This document shows, in pieces, positions 1 through 10,763 of a stretch of DNA of 64,000 nucleotides. How positions within the stretch are numbered: position 1 is the first letter of the stretch; each line of letters starts with the position of its first letter. A program made the translations under genes and the position numbers. Location: the NCBI GenBank assembly GCA_031551825.1, contig JAVBNB010000068.1, positions 7,477 to 71,476 of the forward strand, written 5' to 3'. This stretch comes from Tannerella sp. GTDB lineage: Bacteria; Bacteroidota; Bacteroidia; Bacteroidales; Tannerellaceae. A model generated the notes under the pieces. The model saw only the letters and a list, made by a program, of their open reading frames with translations. It was not told the DNA's origin and did not search any database.

Positions 1-1953
1 GGTAATGATGGCGATATGGCAAAAATACTTGGTGGAAATTATGCATTGTACGGAAATCATTTATTTACTTCCGATACAACGATTGCACTTGTTTTTGTAT
101 CGCCGAATTTCATCTCTTTTGATTCAAAAGCCGGAACCCGATTAGTGAAAAAATTAGAACGTTCTATTGCGAAAATCGAAACGATGTATCCGGATATTGA
201 AGTTCTGTTTCACGGACCTCCTGTTCAGAGTGTATTCAATTCAAGGCAGATAAAGCAGGATTTAGTAATGACAATGGGATTATCATTACTGTTTGCCTGT
301 TTGTTGATAATGATTTGTTATCGTAACAAATCAACTTTGCCGATGTTACTGTTGCCGGTCGTTTACGGTGCATTTTTTGCACTTGCATGTATGTTCTGGT
401 TGCAGGGAATGATGTCGCTTATGGCGCTTGGTATCGGTGCGATTGTACTTGGAGTGGCGTTAAGTTATTGTTTGCATGTGATTACTCATTTTAAATACCT
501 GACAGATCCCGTACTTGTGTTGCGCGATCAGGTGAGACCTGTAATACTTGGCAGCTTGACTACAATCGGCGCCTTTATGGGATTGATGTTTACACAGTCC
601 GCATTATTGCGTGATTTTGGTTTGTTTGCATCATTCGCAATGGTGGGTACGACGATAGCCTGCCTGTTGTTTCTTCCACATATATTTCCGTTGATACGTA
701 ATCGTCGTTCGGAAAAAGCATTTGTGGTTTTAGAGAAAATTAATTCTTATCCGCTCGATCGTCATAAGTGGCTTTTGGTCGTGATATTGGTTGTTTTTGT
801 GATCAGTTTATTTAAGCAATCAGATGTTAAGTTTGACGCAAATCTTAGAAATATAGGGTATTATGAGCCCGCGGTGACACGTTCGATGGAGTTGTATGCC
901 GAAAAAACATCCAAAGGATTGGCTGTCAGTAATTATGCTGCTACATCGGAAAATCTTGATTCTGCGTTTATTTGCAATATGGAAATCAGTCGGATTTGTG
1001 ACTCGCTTCAGGCCGTGGGTAAAATAAAAAGTTACACAAAATCATCCACAATTTTACTTCCGGAAGCAGAACAAAGAAAGCGTATTGCCGCATGGAAGAA
1101 TTATTGGAATGAGGAGCGTGTGGAGAAACTGAGGCGTGACATTATTGCTGCAGGTGAAGCAAATAAATTTAAGCCTGCGATGTTCGACCCGTTTTTTGAA
1201 ATGATAATAAAAGACTATGAGCCCACGTCTGTTTATGAGTCTTCTGTTTTGCCGGAAGGGCTTATGGCAAATATGATTGAACATTCTCAGGGAATGTACC
1301 TTGTTTATACTTCGGTGCAATTGGAAGCTGAGAATCAGCGGGAAGTCAATGATATTCTCGCTGTGCAGCACAATGTGATAGTGGCGGATCCCTTTTATTA
1401 TACCACTAATATGGTTGAGCTGATGAATGAAGACTTTAATACTATTTTAGGCGTATCGTCTTTGTTTGTTTTATTTGTATTGCTGATTTTTCTGCGAAGC
1501 ATACCTTTGGCTCTTATTGCATTTTTGCCGATGAGCATGAGTTGGTATATTGTGCTTGGTATTATGGCTATATTCGGATTGCAGTTTAATCTGATAAACA
1601 TTGTAATATCTTCATTTATATTTGGTATTGGGGTTGATTACAGCATCTTTGTCATGGAGGGCTTGCTTGTCGATCTAAAAGGGGGTGATAAAAAACTGCT
1701 GATGTATCATAAAACGGCCATATTCCTGTCGGCGGTAGTGCTTATCATCAGTATTTCATCGCTGATGTTTGCTAAACATCCGGCGCTTTCATCCATCGGT
1801 GTAGCAACGCTTATCGGAATGACTTCTACCATATTAATCACCTATACTTTGCAGCCGTTCCTGTTTAGGCTTCTGATGAAAACAAAATATGCAAATGTTT
1901 TAAGAAAGCGGTATAAAACGGCGAACAATCCTATAGCCAATGAAGAAGTATGA
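1..1953 (+). CDS. MMPL/RND-superfamily membrane transporter, C-terminal part (gene starts upstream of window)
   Basis: 645-aa ORF whose frame stays open back to nt 1. Two blocks of hydrophobic TM helices are separated by a ~200-aa soluble loop, the MMPL/RND layout. It overlaps the next gene by 14 nt. Confidence 0.6.
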   Translation, partial: GNDGDMAKILGGNYALYGNHLFTSDTTIALVFVSPNFISFDSKAGTRLVKKLERSIAKIETMYPDIEVLFHGPPVQSVFNSRQIKQDLVMTMGLSLLFACLLIMICYRNKSTLPMLLLPVVYGAFFALACMFWLQGMMSLMALGIGAIVLGVALSYCLHVITHFKYLTDPVLVLRDQVRPVILGSLTTIGAFMGLMFTQSALLRDFGLFASFAMVGTTIACLLFLPHIFPLIRNRRSEKAFVVLEKINSYPLDRHKWLLVVILVVFVISLFKQSDVKFDANLRNIGYYEPAVTRSMELYAEKTSKGLAVSNYAATSENLDSAFICNMEISRICDSLQAVGKIKSYTKSSTILLPEAEQRKRIAAWKNYWNEERVEKLRRDIIAAGEANKFKPAMFDPFFEMIIKDYEPTSVYESSVLPEGLMANMIEHSQGMYLVYTSVQLEAENQREVNDILAVQHNVIVADPFYYTTNMVELMNEDFNTILGVSSLFVLFVLLIFLRSIPLALIAFLPMSMSWYIVLGIMAIFGLQFNLINIVISSFIFGIGVDYSIFVMEGLLVDLKGGDKKLLMYHKTAIFLSAVVLIISISSLMFAKHPALSSIGVATLIGMTSTILITYTLQPFLFRLLMKTKYANVLRKRYKTANNPIANEEV

Positions 1954-3532
1954 TGTTGTAATTATTGGTGGCGGACTTGGAGGCTTACAATGTGGATACA
2001 TCCTGTCGAAACGTGGCATGAATGTCTGTGTACTGGAAAAAAATAGTCAGCCGGGAGGTTGCATGCAGACTTTTCGTCGTGGAAAACATACTTTTGATAC
2101 GGGTTTTCATTATATAGGAGGTCTTGATGAGGGGCAACCGTTGCATCGGCTTTTCAATTATTTTGGACTGATGGATTTACCATGGGTCCGAATGGACGAA
2201 AATGGTTTTGACGAAGTAATTATCAATGATAAGTCTTATTTCTTTGCAAACGGATACGAACGTTTTGCTGAAACGTTATCCGAACAATTTCCTCACCAAC
2301 GTGAAAACCTGAAAAAATACACCACTTTTTTACGCAATGTATCGGATAATATCTTTGGTAGTTTTAAGAGGAGAGAAGAGGAGGATCTTTATGGCGCTTC
2401 CCTTTTTGCGAAATCCGCATGCGACTATCTGACTTCAACAATAGATGACCCTTTATTACGAAATGTGCTTTCGGGAACATCTCTGAAAATGGAATTGAAT
2501 CCGCAGACTTTACCGTTGTATATTTTTGCACAGATAAACAGCTCTTTTATTCAGAGTGCGTGGCGTTTGCGTGGAGGCGGTTCTCAAATTGCTGATTCTC
2601 TGATTAAAAGTATTGAGGCAAATGGTGGAACCGTAAGGATGAAAGCCGAGGTAACGAGCCTTATCGAAGAGGATGGTAAAATTGTCGCGGCGGAAGTGAA
2701 TGGTGTGAAGGAGGTTGTTGACGTTCCGGGTTATACCGGTGGGAGGCAGGATGCGTTTGATGATTTTCGTAGACAAGCAAGTGAAAAAGAGCGTATTGAG
2801 GCTGATTGTTTTATTGCGAATGCACATCCGGCGCACGCCCTTTTGTTGATTGCCGAGAGTAAGCTTGTACGGAATATATACCGTAAGCGCATTTCTAACC
2901 TGGAAAATACATTTGGTTTGTTTACTGTGAATATCGCACTGAAAGAGAACGCTGTACCTTATCAAAACCGGAATATTTATATATATAAAACGGGCGATGT
3001 CTGGCAGTATTCCGACTACAAGCCGGAGCATGTAAACACATGTGCGCTGGTATCGTTTCAGATGCCGGAAGACGGTTCTTTGTTTACACGTAATATTGAT
3101 ATTCTGACTCCGATGTATTGGCCGGAAGTTCAGCAATGGGAGGGTACGACAATAGGGCGCCGTGGTGACGATTATCTGTCATATAAAAATCAGAAAGCAA
3201 AATCCTGTATTGATCTGGTATCCGGATATATTTCCGGCTTAAAGGATTTGGCACATCCGGAAGATGCGATAGAAAAGATATATACCAGCACCTCGTTATC
3301 CTATCGCGATTATACCGGAACGCCTTATGGTTCAGCTTACGGTATACGAAAAAAGTATGACCAATTGATGGCTACCTTATTATCTCCTCGCACACCTGTG
3401 CCTAATCTATTCCTGACCGGTCAGAATCTTAATTTGCACGGCGTTCTGGGAGTATCCATGACCTCATTCTTCACTTGTGCCGAAATTGTTGGTATAGATT
3501 CGGCAATTGAAGGATTATTCATTACCCCATAG
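1940..3532 (+). CDS. NAD(P)/FAD-dependent oxidoreductase, phytoene-desaturase (CrtI)-like
   Basis: 530 aa. N-terminal dinucleotide-binding motif DVVIIGGGLGGL...VLEKN. Length and layout fit the CrtI/amine-oxidase family. Confidence 0.65.
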   Translation: MKKYDVVIIGGGLGGLQCGYILSKRGMNVCVLEKNSQPGGCMQTFRRGKHTFDTGFHYIGGLDEGQPLHRLFNYFGLMDLPWVRMDENGFDEVIINDKSYFFANGYERFAETLSEQFPHQRENLKKYTTFLRNVSDNIFGSFKRREEEDLYGASLFAKSACDYLTSTIDDPLLRNVLSGTSLKMELNPQTLPLYIFAQINSSFIQSAWRLRGGGSQIADSLIKSIEANGGTVRMKAEVTSLIEEDGKIVAAEVNGVKEVVDVPGYTGGRQDAFDDFRRQASEKERIEADCFIANAHPAHALLLIAESKLVRNIYRKRISNLENTFGLFTVNIALKENAVPYQNRNIYIYKTGDVWQYSDYKPEHVNTCALVSFQMPEDGSLFTRNIDILTPMYWPEVQQWEGTTIGRRGDDYLSYKNQKAKSCIDLVSGYISGLKDLAHPEDAIEKIYTSTSLSYRDYTGTPYGSAYGIRKKYDQLMATLLSPRTPVPNLFLTGQNLNLHGVLGVSMTSFFTCAEIVGIDSAIEGLFITP

Positions 3533-4699
3533 TTTGGAGCCGTTTCCTTTGTTTTTTCGCCATTCGTGACGCCAGAGATGTATGTCTTCGGGGCCGATAA
3601 ATGGTTTTAGTTTCCGTTCTTCTTTGGATGGAGCCGGCGGTAATTGTCCGGGCTCGTTCTGATACCAGTAAGCGACGGTAGCTATGTCCAGTGTGAGGTT
3701 GTTGTTGTGTCCATGTTCGATGGAGCCTTTTAGGTTTGTTTCGAAAAAGATGGGATCGTTGATGAAAAAGCGGTAAACATGGGTGCGTCCGAGCCACCCG
3801 ATGTCGTCATTTACACGAGGATAGCCGAAATAGGGATGTGAGAATTTTTCCTTCGGGCACCATGATGTGTTGAAGAAGTCTTCGGTTCCTGTTCCTATCA
3901 TGGATGGTATGGTTTCATCATCGATGTACCACATGTCGTCTCCTTCGCCATACCACATGGGCGTTGGACAATGTACGTAATAATTGATACCGATGAAATG
4001 TCCTTTTCCTTTGATATCAGCAAAAATATAGTTATCGGCTCCGTCTTTGTTTTCTCCTTGCGGCCCTAATTTACTCCATTCGTTTTCCCCGTCAGGGAGT
4101 GCATCTGTCAGTTCGTGGTTATACCAGGCATGGAAACGTCCCAGATCAGCGGGTAGTTTTTTCATTTCTACATAATCTACATAGAAATAAAAGGCGTTGA
4201 TGTCTTTATCCGACTGGTTTTCAATCTCAATCTTAGCTCCTGTAGCAAAAGGCATACTGAAATAAGAACTAAGGCCTGTCCCATTTCCAGGGCCGGATGA
4301 GAGAGGCAGGGATGCATAATTGTATTGTTCGTTCCAACCCTGACCGAAAAATGGACCGATGGGCGATTCTACAGAGGGGTAGGATTTGTTATCCCAGTAC
4401 ATACGCAGGATGATATCGTTCCGGTTTAGGTCATGGGGGCCAGGTGACATGGTTATCCAGATATGATTGATAATGCCGGCGCTTTTGATTTCCGCAATAG
4501 TGCGTGTTTCACCCGGTTTGATTTCGCTGAAATGGTCGCGATAGTTTCCCGTTACGTCGTAACTACTGATGCGGCGGTTCCGCATTCCGTTCTGAATTTT
4601 GGCCAGCCCGGATAATTCTCCCGGGAGGTTTCCTTGTGCAAGTCCGTCGGAGAAAAAAACGAACAGACTACAGGCTAATGTTAGGATTGCTTTTTTCAT
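3515..4699 (-). CDS. DUF2961 / GH172-like secreted protein
   Basis: 394 aa with signal peptide MKKAILTLACSLFVFF. The conserved block IGTGTEDFFNTSW is recalled from the DUF2961 family. Confidence 0.55.
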   Translation of the reverse strand: MKKAILTLACSLFVFFSDGLAQGNLPGELSGLAKIQNGMRNRRISSYDVTGNYRDHFSEIKPGETRTIAEIKSAGIINHIWITMSPGPHDLNRNDIILRMYWDNKSYPSVESPIGPFFGQGWNEQYNYASLPLSSGPGNGTGLSSYFSMPFATGAKIEIENQSDKDINAFYFYVDYVEMKKLPADLGRFHAWYNHELTDALPDGENEWSKLGPQGENKDGADNYIFADIKGKGHFIGINYYVHCPTPMWYGEGDDMWYIDDETIPSMIGTGTEDFFNTSWCPKEKFSHPYFGYPRVNDDIGWLGRTHVYRFFINDPIFFETNLKGSIEHGHNNNLTLDIATVAYWYQNEPGQLPPAPSKEERKLKPFIGPEDIHLWRHEWRKNKGNGSKLWGNE

Positions 4700-4864
4700 G
4701 GTTATATAGAGTTAAGTTAAGGGGGTTGTACTATGCAGCAAATATATATGTTTTTATGGAATTAAAGCAACATTAAAAAGGATATTTTTGCAGCATCTGT
4801 ACAGGCGTTTGTTATTAACATAGAAACAGGATATATCATGATTTGAAAATAAGGTTATGCTTAT

Positions 4865-4895
4865 TTTGTATTGCGCTTAACTTGCATTATCTTTG
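4865..4895 (+). promoter_or_regulatory. Bacteroidota-type promoter (-33 TTTG, -7 TATCTTTG) for lysS
   Basis: TTTG at 4865-4868 and TATCTTTG at 4888-4895, spaced 19 nt, lying 17 nt upstream of the lysS ORF. Confidence 0.5.
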
Positions 4896-4911
4896 CATCC
4901 ATATTAGATAG

Positions 4912-6654
4912 ATGATAAGGATGAATATATTAGATCTGAACGAACAGGAAATAATCCGGCGTAACAGCTTGGAACAAATGCGAAATATGGGTATTGAACC
5001 CTATCCGGCAGCGGAATATCCGGTAGATGCATATTCTGAAGAAATCAAGGAAAACTTTAAAGATGAAGACGAAAAACGTTATGTGACGATAGCAGGACGA
5101 ATTATGAGCCGTCGCATCATGGGGAAAGCTTCTTTTGTGGAACTGCAGGATTCTGAAGGTCGTATTCAGGTTTATATCACACGTGACTATATCTGTCCTT
5201 CGGAAAATAATCTTGATTTGTATAATGTAGTTTTTAAGAAACTTCTAGATATTGGTGATTTTATCGGAATCAAAGGTTTTGTTTTCCGTACACAGATGGG
5301 CGAGATTTCCATTCACGCGGAAGAATTTACCGTATTGTCGAAGTCGCTTCGTCCGCTTCCGATTGTGAAGGAAAAGGATGGCGTTGTTTATGATGGCTTT
5401 ACCGATCCTGAACAACGTTATCGCCAGCGTTACGTGGACCTTGTTGTAAATAGCGAAATAAAAGACATATTTATCAAACGCACGAAAGCGTATACCTCCA
5501 TGCGTGAATATTTCAATTCCAAAGGTTATTTGGAAGTTGAAACCCCGATATTGCAATCCATACCGGGAGGTGCGTCCGCGCGTCCTTTTATTACGCATCA
5601 TAACGCATTGGATATTCCTTTGTTTCTGCGTATTGCGGATGAATTGTATCTGAAGCGCCTGATAGTAGGTGGTTTTGAGGGAGTTTATGAATTTTCCAAA
5701 AACTTCCGTAATGAAGGAATGGACCGTACTCATAATCCGGAATTTACCTGTATGGAAATTTATGTAGCTTATAAGGACTACAACTGGATGATGGATTTTA
5801 CGGAGAAGATGATTGAAAAAGTAAGCGTGGACGTGAACGGAGTTGACCAAGTGATGGTCGACGGAAAGACAATCAGTTTCAAGGCGCCGTTCAAACGTAT
5901 CACCATGATAGACTCTATAAAAGAACATACGGGTATTGATATCACCGGAATGGATGAAACACAGCTTCGCGAAGTTTGTAAAAAGCTGGATATAGAGGTA
6001 GATGAAACAATGGGAAAAGGAAAGCTTATCGACGAAATTTTCGGCGAAAAATGTGAAGCGAATTATATACAACCTACCTTTATTACCGACTATCCGATTG
6101 AAATGTCGCCGTTATGCAAGCGTCACCGCTCAAATCCGGAACTGACGGAGCGTTTTGAACTGATTGTGAACGGAAAGGAATTGTGTAATGCCTATTCCGA
6201 GTTGAATGATCCGATCGATCAGCTGGAACGTTTTCAGGAGCAACTGAAACTGAGTGAAAAAGGCGATGATGAAGCGATGTTCATTGACATGGATTTTGTT
6301 CGCGCACTTGAATACGGTATGCCTCCGACAAGTGGTATGGGCATTGGAATTGACCGTTTTGTTATGCTTCTGACAGGACAGACAACGATTCAGGAGGTCT
6401 TGTTTTTCCCGCAGATGCGTCCGGAAAAGACTGCGCATAAAGATAAAGCGGAAATGTATATTTCATTAGGTGTACCTGAAGAATGGGTGCCCGCGCTACA
6501 GAAATCCGGATATGTCACTGTAGATATGCTTGCCGGTGCAAATGCACAGTTGGTGCGTCAGTCATTGTTTGAGCTTAACAAAAAATATAATCTTGGGTTA
6601 GAATTACCTTCATTACAGGATGTAGAAGTCTGGACGAAGGACAGTACAAACTAA
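4912..6654 (+). CDS. lysS: lysine--tRNA ligase (class II)
   Basis: 580 aa. Class II motifs [20 protein letters not shown] and [13 protein letters not shown], plus an N-terminal OB-fold region. The start may instead be the Met at 4921. Confidence 0.92.
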   Translation: MIRMNILDLNEQEIIRRNSLEQMRNMGIEPYPAAEYPVDAYSEEIKENFKDEDEKRYVTIAGRIMSRRIMGKASFVELQDSEGRIQVYITRDYICPSENNLDLYNVVFKKLLDIGDFIGIKGFVFRTQMGEISIHAEEFTVLSKSLRPLPIVKEKDGVVYDGFTDPEQRYRQRYVDLVVNSEIKDIFIKRTKAYTSMREYFNSKGYLEVETPILQSIPGGASARPFITHHNALDIPLFLRIADELYLKRLIVGGFEGVYEFSKNFRNEGMDRTHNPEFTCMEIYVAYKDYNWMMDFTEKMIEKVSVDVNGVDQVMVDGKTISFKAPFKRITMIDSIKEHTGIDITGMDETQLREVCKKLDIEVDETMGKGKLIDEIFGEKCEANYIQPTFITDYPIEMSPLCKRHRSNPELTERFELIVNGKELCNAYSELNDPIDQLERFQEQLKLSEKGDDEAMFIDMDFVRALEYGMPPTSGMGIGIDRFVMLLTGQTTIQEVLFFPQMRPEKTAHKDKAEMYISLGVPEEWVPALQKSGYVTVDMLAGANAQLVRQSLFELNKKYNLGLELPSLQDVEVWTKDSTN

Positions 6655-6667
6655 AATCGCTGACGAT

Positions 6668-7669
6668 ATGAAGATCTTTCCCGGAAAGATAGCAGTTATG
6701 GGTGGGGGAAGCTGGGCTACCTCTTTGGCGAAGATTGTGATGTATTCACAATCGGAGATAAACTGGTATATGCGGCGTCCTGACCGTATCGAAGATTTTA
6801 AACGGATGAAGCATAATCCGGCCTATATGTCGAGTATTTCGTTTGATACATCACGGATCAATTTCTATGATGATATAAATCAGGCGATAGAAGATTCCGA
6901 TACGCTTATTTTTGCTACTCCTTCTCCTTATATAAAAGAGCATTTGGCGAAAGTAACGACATCTCTTGAGAACAAATATATTATCTCGGCAATCAAGGGC
7001 ATTGTGCCGGATGAAAATATGCTTGTAAATGACTATTTCTCTAAATATTATGGGGTTGATCCGAATAATATTATCGTTATAGCAGGAGCTTGCCATGCCG
7101 AAGAAATCGCGATGGAGCATCTTTCGTATCTTACGCTTGTCTGCCGTGATATAGAGAAAGCCCGCAAACTGTCTGAAAGTGTGTTTAATACGCCTTACCT
7201 GAATAGTTCCTGCAGCCGTGATATGGTAGGATTGGAATATGTTTCTGTCCTTAAAAATATATATGCTATTGTTGCAGGTATCTGTAATGGACTGAAATAC
7301 GGAGACAATCTTCAGGCGGTATATATACCGAACGCTTTTGCGGAGATGATACGCTTTCTGAATGTGGTGCAACCGATGGCGCGTGATATTACAAGTGCTG
7401 CTTATCTGAGTGATCTGCTCGTTACATCATATTCTACGTTCAGCCGTAATCGTATGTTTGGTAAGATGATCGGAGAGGGGAACAGCGTCAGTGTCGCGAA
7501 AATAGAATTGGGCATGGTGGCAGAAGGTTACTATGCTGCAAAGTGCATGCATGAAATAAATGAAAAATATAAGGTTGATATGCCGATTCTAAATGTGTTG
7601 TATTCGGTTCTTTATGAGCGTAAGTCGCCTTCGGAACAAATAAAAGAAATTACGAAAACATTTAAATGA
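6668..7669 (+). CDS. gpsA: NAD(P)H-dependent glycerol-3-phosphate dehydrogenase
   Basis: 333 aa. N-terminal Rossmann motif IAVMGGGSWATSLA. Overall GpsA-like length and C-terminal helical domain. Confidence 0.8.
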   Translation: MKIFPGKIAVMGGGSWATSLAKIVMYSQSEINWYMRRPDRIEDFKRMKHNPAYMSSISFDTSRINFYDDINQAIEDSDTLIFATPSPYIKEHLAKVTTSLENKYIISAIKGIVPDENMLVNDYFSKYYGVDPNNIIVIAGACHAEEIAMEHLSYLTLVCRDIEKARKLSESVFNTPYLNSSCSRDMVGLEYVSVLKNIYAIVAGICNGLKYGDNLQAVYIPNAFAEMIRFLNVVQPMARDITSAAYLSDLLVTSYSTFSRNRMFGKMIGEGNSVSVAKIELGMVAEGYYAAKCMHEINEKYKVDMPILNVLYSVLYERKSPSEQIKEITKTFK

Positions 7670-7714
7670 CAGATTGTTTTAATAGATAAGTTTTAATCAT
7701 AAATATTCATACGT

Positions 7715-9055
7715 ATGAAAACTATTAGCTTGAACATTGATAAGGCGCTGGGTGTTATTACAAAAAAACAAGTGGATGCATTAGAGCCTAAAGTAAAGAA
7801 TGGGCTGGAAATGTTGCATAAAGGAACAGGTCAGGGCAGTGATTTCCTGGGATGGTTACATCTTCCTTCTTCTATAAAGGAAGCCGAACTTAAGGATATT
7901 GAAAAAACAGCTGCGCAGCTTCGTAAATGTAAGGCTGTTGTTGTTATTGGCATTGGCGGAAGCTATCTTGGAACAAAAGCTGTTGTTGAAGCAATGAATA
8001 ATAGTTTTGACTGGTTACAGAAAAAGCGTAAAAACCCGGTAGTTCTTTATGCGGGGCATAATATCGGCGAAGATTATTTGTCGGAACTGTGTGAAGCGCT
8101 TAAAGATACGAAGTTCGGTATTATCAATATCTCCAAATCGGGGACGACTACTGAGCCTGCCATCGCTTTCCGTGTCCTGAAAAAACTGTTGGAAAAGAAT
8201 ATCGGAAAGAAAGAATCCAAAGAATGCATCGTTGCAATTACGGATAAGGCCCGTGGCGCATTGCGGACATTGGCTGATAAGGAAGGATATAAAACGTTTA
8301 TTATTCCGGATGATGTAGGCGGACGTTTCTCGGTACTTACCCCTGTCGGCCTCTTACCGATTGCTGTAGCCGGTATCAGTATCCGTGATCTGGTGAAAGG
8401 CGCTGTGGATATGGAAAAAGCGACGGATGAAAAAGTTCCGTTTGCCCAAAACATTGCTTCTATTTATGCGGCGACCCGTAATGCGCTTTATGCGAAAGGA
8501 AAGAAAGTGGAAATATTGGCAAACTTTCATCCTAAAATGCATTATATCGGCGAATGGTGGAAACAGCTTTATGGAGAAAGTGAAGGTAAAGATGGTAAGG
8601 GCATATTCCCTGCTTCCGTTGACTTTACAACCGATCTGCACTCTATGGGACAATGGATACAGGAAGGCGAACGTATTATCTTTGAAACAGTTATATCAGT
8701 AGAAAAACCGGATACCCGAATGACTGTGCCAACGGATAAGGCAGACCTTGACGGGCTGAATTATCTTGCCGGAAAGCGTATTGATGAGGTGAATAAAATG
8801 GCAGAACTTGGTACGCAACTTGCACATATAGACGGAGGTGTTCCGAATATCAAGATCACAATGCCGGAGCTGAATGCCTACTATATCGGGCAATTGTTCT
8901 ATTTCTTTGAAAAAGCTTGTGGTATAAGTGGTTATGTGCTTGGTGTGAATCCGTTTGACCAACCGGGAGTGGAGGCGTATAAGAAGAATATGTTTGCCCT
9001 TCTGAACAAGCCGGGTTACGAAAAAGAAAGTAAAGCAATAAAAGCAAAACTATAA
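7715..9055 (+). CDS. pgi: glucose-6-phosphate isomerase (short type)
   Basis: 446 aa. SIS-domain blocks [18 protein letters not shown] and GGRFSVLT, plus the C-terminal catalytic block [11 protein letters not shown]. Confidence 0.9.
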   Translation: MKTISLNIDKALGVITKKQVDALEPKVKNGLEMLHKGTGQGSDFLGWLHLPSSIKEAELKDIEKTAAQLRKCKAVVVIGIGGSYLGTKAVVEAMNNSFDWLQKKRKNPVVLYAGHNIGEDYLSELCEALKDTKFGIINISKSGTTTEPAIAFRVLKKLLEKNIGKKESKECIVAITDKARGALRTLADKEGYKTFIIPDDVGGRFSVLTPVGLLPIAVAGISIRDLVKGAVDMEKATDEKVPFAQNIASIYAATRNALYAKGKKVEILANFHPKMHYIGEWWKQLYGESEGKDGKGIFPASVDFTTDLHSMGQWIQEGERIIFETVISVEKPDTRMTVPTDKADLDGLNYLAGKRIDEVNKMAELGTQLAHIDGGVPNIKITMPELNAYYIGQLFYFFEKACGISGYVLGVNPFDQPGVEAYKKNMFALLNKPGYEKESKAIKAKL

Positions 9056-9114
9056 TTTTTATCTTCTTTTTCGCTGCAGATAAAATAATTTACTAAGTTT
9101 CGTTGAGAAACAGC

Positions 9115-9180
9115 ATGTAGCTTCGCTCGGATATAAAAATAAGCCGACTTATTTTGTATATCGCCCGACTTTCGCTACAT
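9115..9180. repeat. Long imperfect palindrome (REP-like) downstream of pgi
   Basis: ATGTAGCTTCGCTCGG-ATATAAAAATAAG...CTTATTTTGTATAT-CGCCCGACTTTCGCTACAT folds back on itself. It carries the CTTCGCTC motif also present in the repeats at 11589 and 13375. Confidence 0.5.
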
Positions 9181-9183
9181 TTG
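9176..9183 (+). promoter_or_regulatory. -7 box TACATTTG of the thi operon promoter
   Basis: Matches the TAnnTTTG consensus and lies 7 nt upstream of the TPP aptamer. Confidence 0.45.
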
Positions 9184-9189
9184 CATTAT

Positions 9190-9272
9190 CGTTAGGGGTG
9201 TCCTTCCTTGAGGAAGGGCTGAGATTAAACCCTCGAACCTGATATGTTGTAATTGACATCGTAGGGAAACGG
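9190..9272 (+). promoter_or_regulatory. TPP (THI-box) riboswitch aptamer
   Basis: GGGGTG...GGCTGAGA...AACCCTCGAACCTGATATG...CGTAGGGAA matches the THI element core (CUGAGA, ACCUGAU, GGGAA). P1 pairs CGTT (9190-9193) with AACG (9268-9271). Confidence 0.9.
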
Positions 9273-9311
9273 TTGAGTTTAAAGCAAATATATTAAATAA
9301 TAAATTGTTAT

Positions 9312-9347
9312 AAGCCGTTTCGTTTTTGCGAAACGGCTTTTTTTATT
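9312..9347 (+). terminator. Riboswitch expression-platform intrinsic terminator
   Basis: AAGCCGTTTCG-TTTTTG-CGAAACGGCTT followed by a T-run. GAAACGG (9266-9272) can alternatively pair with CCGTTTC (9315-9321) as an antiterminator. Confidence 0.85.
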
Positions 9348-9354
9348 TTAAAGG

Positions 9355-10062
9355 ATGGAAAAATACAGCTTTGACAGTTATGCGGAGAAATATGACGCAT
9401 GGTTTTTAGAAAACAGGAATGTTTTGTATTCCGAAGTGAAATTGGTCGCTTACTTTCTGAAAGATGCCGGACGCATCCTTTCTGTTGGTTGCGGTAGTGG
9501 GCTTTTCGAAATGATTCTTGAGAAAGAATTTGGTATAATCATTAAAGATGGGGTAGAACCGTCTGCCGATATGGCTGAAATAGCAAGGAAACGGGGGCTT
9601 TCTGTTGAGATTGGAACGGCGGAAGATCTGCAAGTCGAAACCGGTCTGTATGATACTATTTTATATAATGGTTGTCCGAGTTATATTTCTGATCTGGAAA
9701 AGTCTATTAAAAAGAGTTATGATGCATTGAAAGAAGGAGGACGAATTATCCTGATCGATATTCCGAAAGAAAGTTCGTACGGATTGCTTTATAATCTGGC
9801 AAAAGCAACGGGAACCTGGAGTCATGAGTTGTTGAAAGGCGTATATCCGCGCAATCCGTATCCGATAGAATTGGTTTGCCAATCAAACTGGAGGACGACC
9901 GCAGAAAAGATCAAGCTTATGGAAAACGCCGGTTTTTCTAATCTGGAATTTGCGCAGACATTGACAAAGCATCCGATTTATTCGAATGAAACGATAGAGG
10001 AACCTGTTGTGGGTTTTTATAGTGGCGATTATGTTGCGATATGTGGATATAAAAGGTCGTAA
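9355..10062 (+). CDS. class I SAM-dependent methyltransferase (unknown substrate)
   Basis: 235 aa. Motif I ILSVGCGSGLFE and post-I acidic residue. It is the first gene downstream of the TPP riboswitch. Confidence 0.7.
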   Translation: MEKYSFDSYAEKYDAWFLENRNVLYSEVKLVAYFLKDAGRILSVGCGSGLFEMILEKEFGIIIKDGVEPSADMAEIARKRGLSVEIGTAEDLQVETGLYDTILYNGCPSYISDLEKSIKKSYDALKEGGRIILIDIPKESSYGLLYNLAKATGTWSHELLKGVYPRNPYPIELVCQSNWRTTAEKIKLMENAGFSNLEFAQTLTKHPIYSNETIEEPVVGFYSGDYVAICGYKRS

Positions 10063-10078
10063 TTTTAAATTAAAAAAC

Positions 10079-10729
10079 ATGAAATGGAGTGAGAAAGCAT
10101 GGGAGGCTATAGGGCCTATTTATAAAGAGACACTGAATTTACCGTTTATACGGGAATTGATGAATGGAACACTGGATAAAGAAAAGTTTACTTTTTATAT
10201 TCAACAGGATGCTTTGTATTTGTCTGATTATGGCAGGATATTGACTGCTATTGCGACAAGGTTGACGAAACCCGGACATATTGAGGCGTTTATCAGTTTT
10301 GCAGGCGAGAGTATAGCTGTGGAAAATGCTCTTCATCAAACGTTTTGTGCGGAGTTAGGAGTGAAAGGAAAACAAACGCCATCGCCTTCGTGCCTCCTGT
10401 ACACATCATTTCTGCTTCGTCAATTGAATGCGCCGCTTGAAGTAATGGCTGCTGCGGTTTTACCTTGTTTCTGGATTTATAAGGAGGTCGGTGATTATAT
10501 TCTGGCAAATCAAACAAAGGATTATAATCCGTATCAGGCATGGATAAATACGTATGGAGGTGAGGAGTTTGCACAATCAGTAGAAATAGCGATAAATGTC
10601 TGTGATGAACTGGCTGAAAAATGTACGGCGGAACAACAGGATGCGATGACCGAAGCATTTGTTACATGCTCCAGGTTGGAGTGGATGTTTTGGGACAGTG
10701 CGTACAATCTCGAACAATGGAAAATTTGA
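10079..10729 (+). CDS. tenA: TenA-family thiaminase II / aminopyrimidine aminohydrolase
   Basis: 216 aa counted from the ATG at 10079 (the longer ORF from 10007 overlaps the previous gene). TenA-like helical protein with FYIQQDALYL. Sits in thi operon context. Confidence 0.8.
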   Translation: MKWSEKAWEAIGPIYKETLNLPFIRELMNGTLDKEKFTFYIQQDALYLSDYGRILTAIATRLTKPGHIEAFISFAGESIAVENALHQTFCAELGVKGKQTPSPSCLLYTSFLLRQLNAPLEVMAAAVLPCFWIYKEVGDYILANQTKDYNPYQAWINTYGGEEFAQSVEIAINVCDELAEKCTAEQQDAMTEAFVTCSRLEWMFWDSAYNLEQWKI

Positions 10730-10763
10730 GACGATACACAATTGATAATGGATCAAATAATTT

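Noticed and set aside
2510-3136. 208-aa minus-strand ORF, representative of many antisense ORFs in the track (for example 5245-6072, 6851-7372, 8074-8454, 26636-27061, 43307-43687, 53559-53948, 56962-57345, 59001-59417).
   Set aside because: These ORFs lie entirely inside well-supported genes on the opposite strand. They are low-complexity with no recognisable motifs, so they are shadow ORFs.
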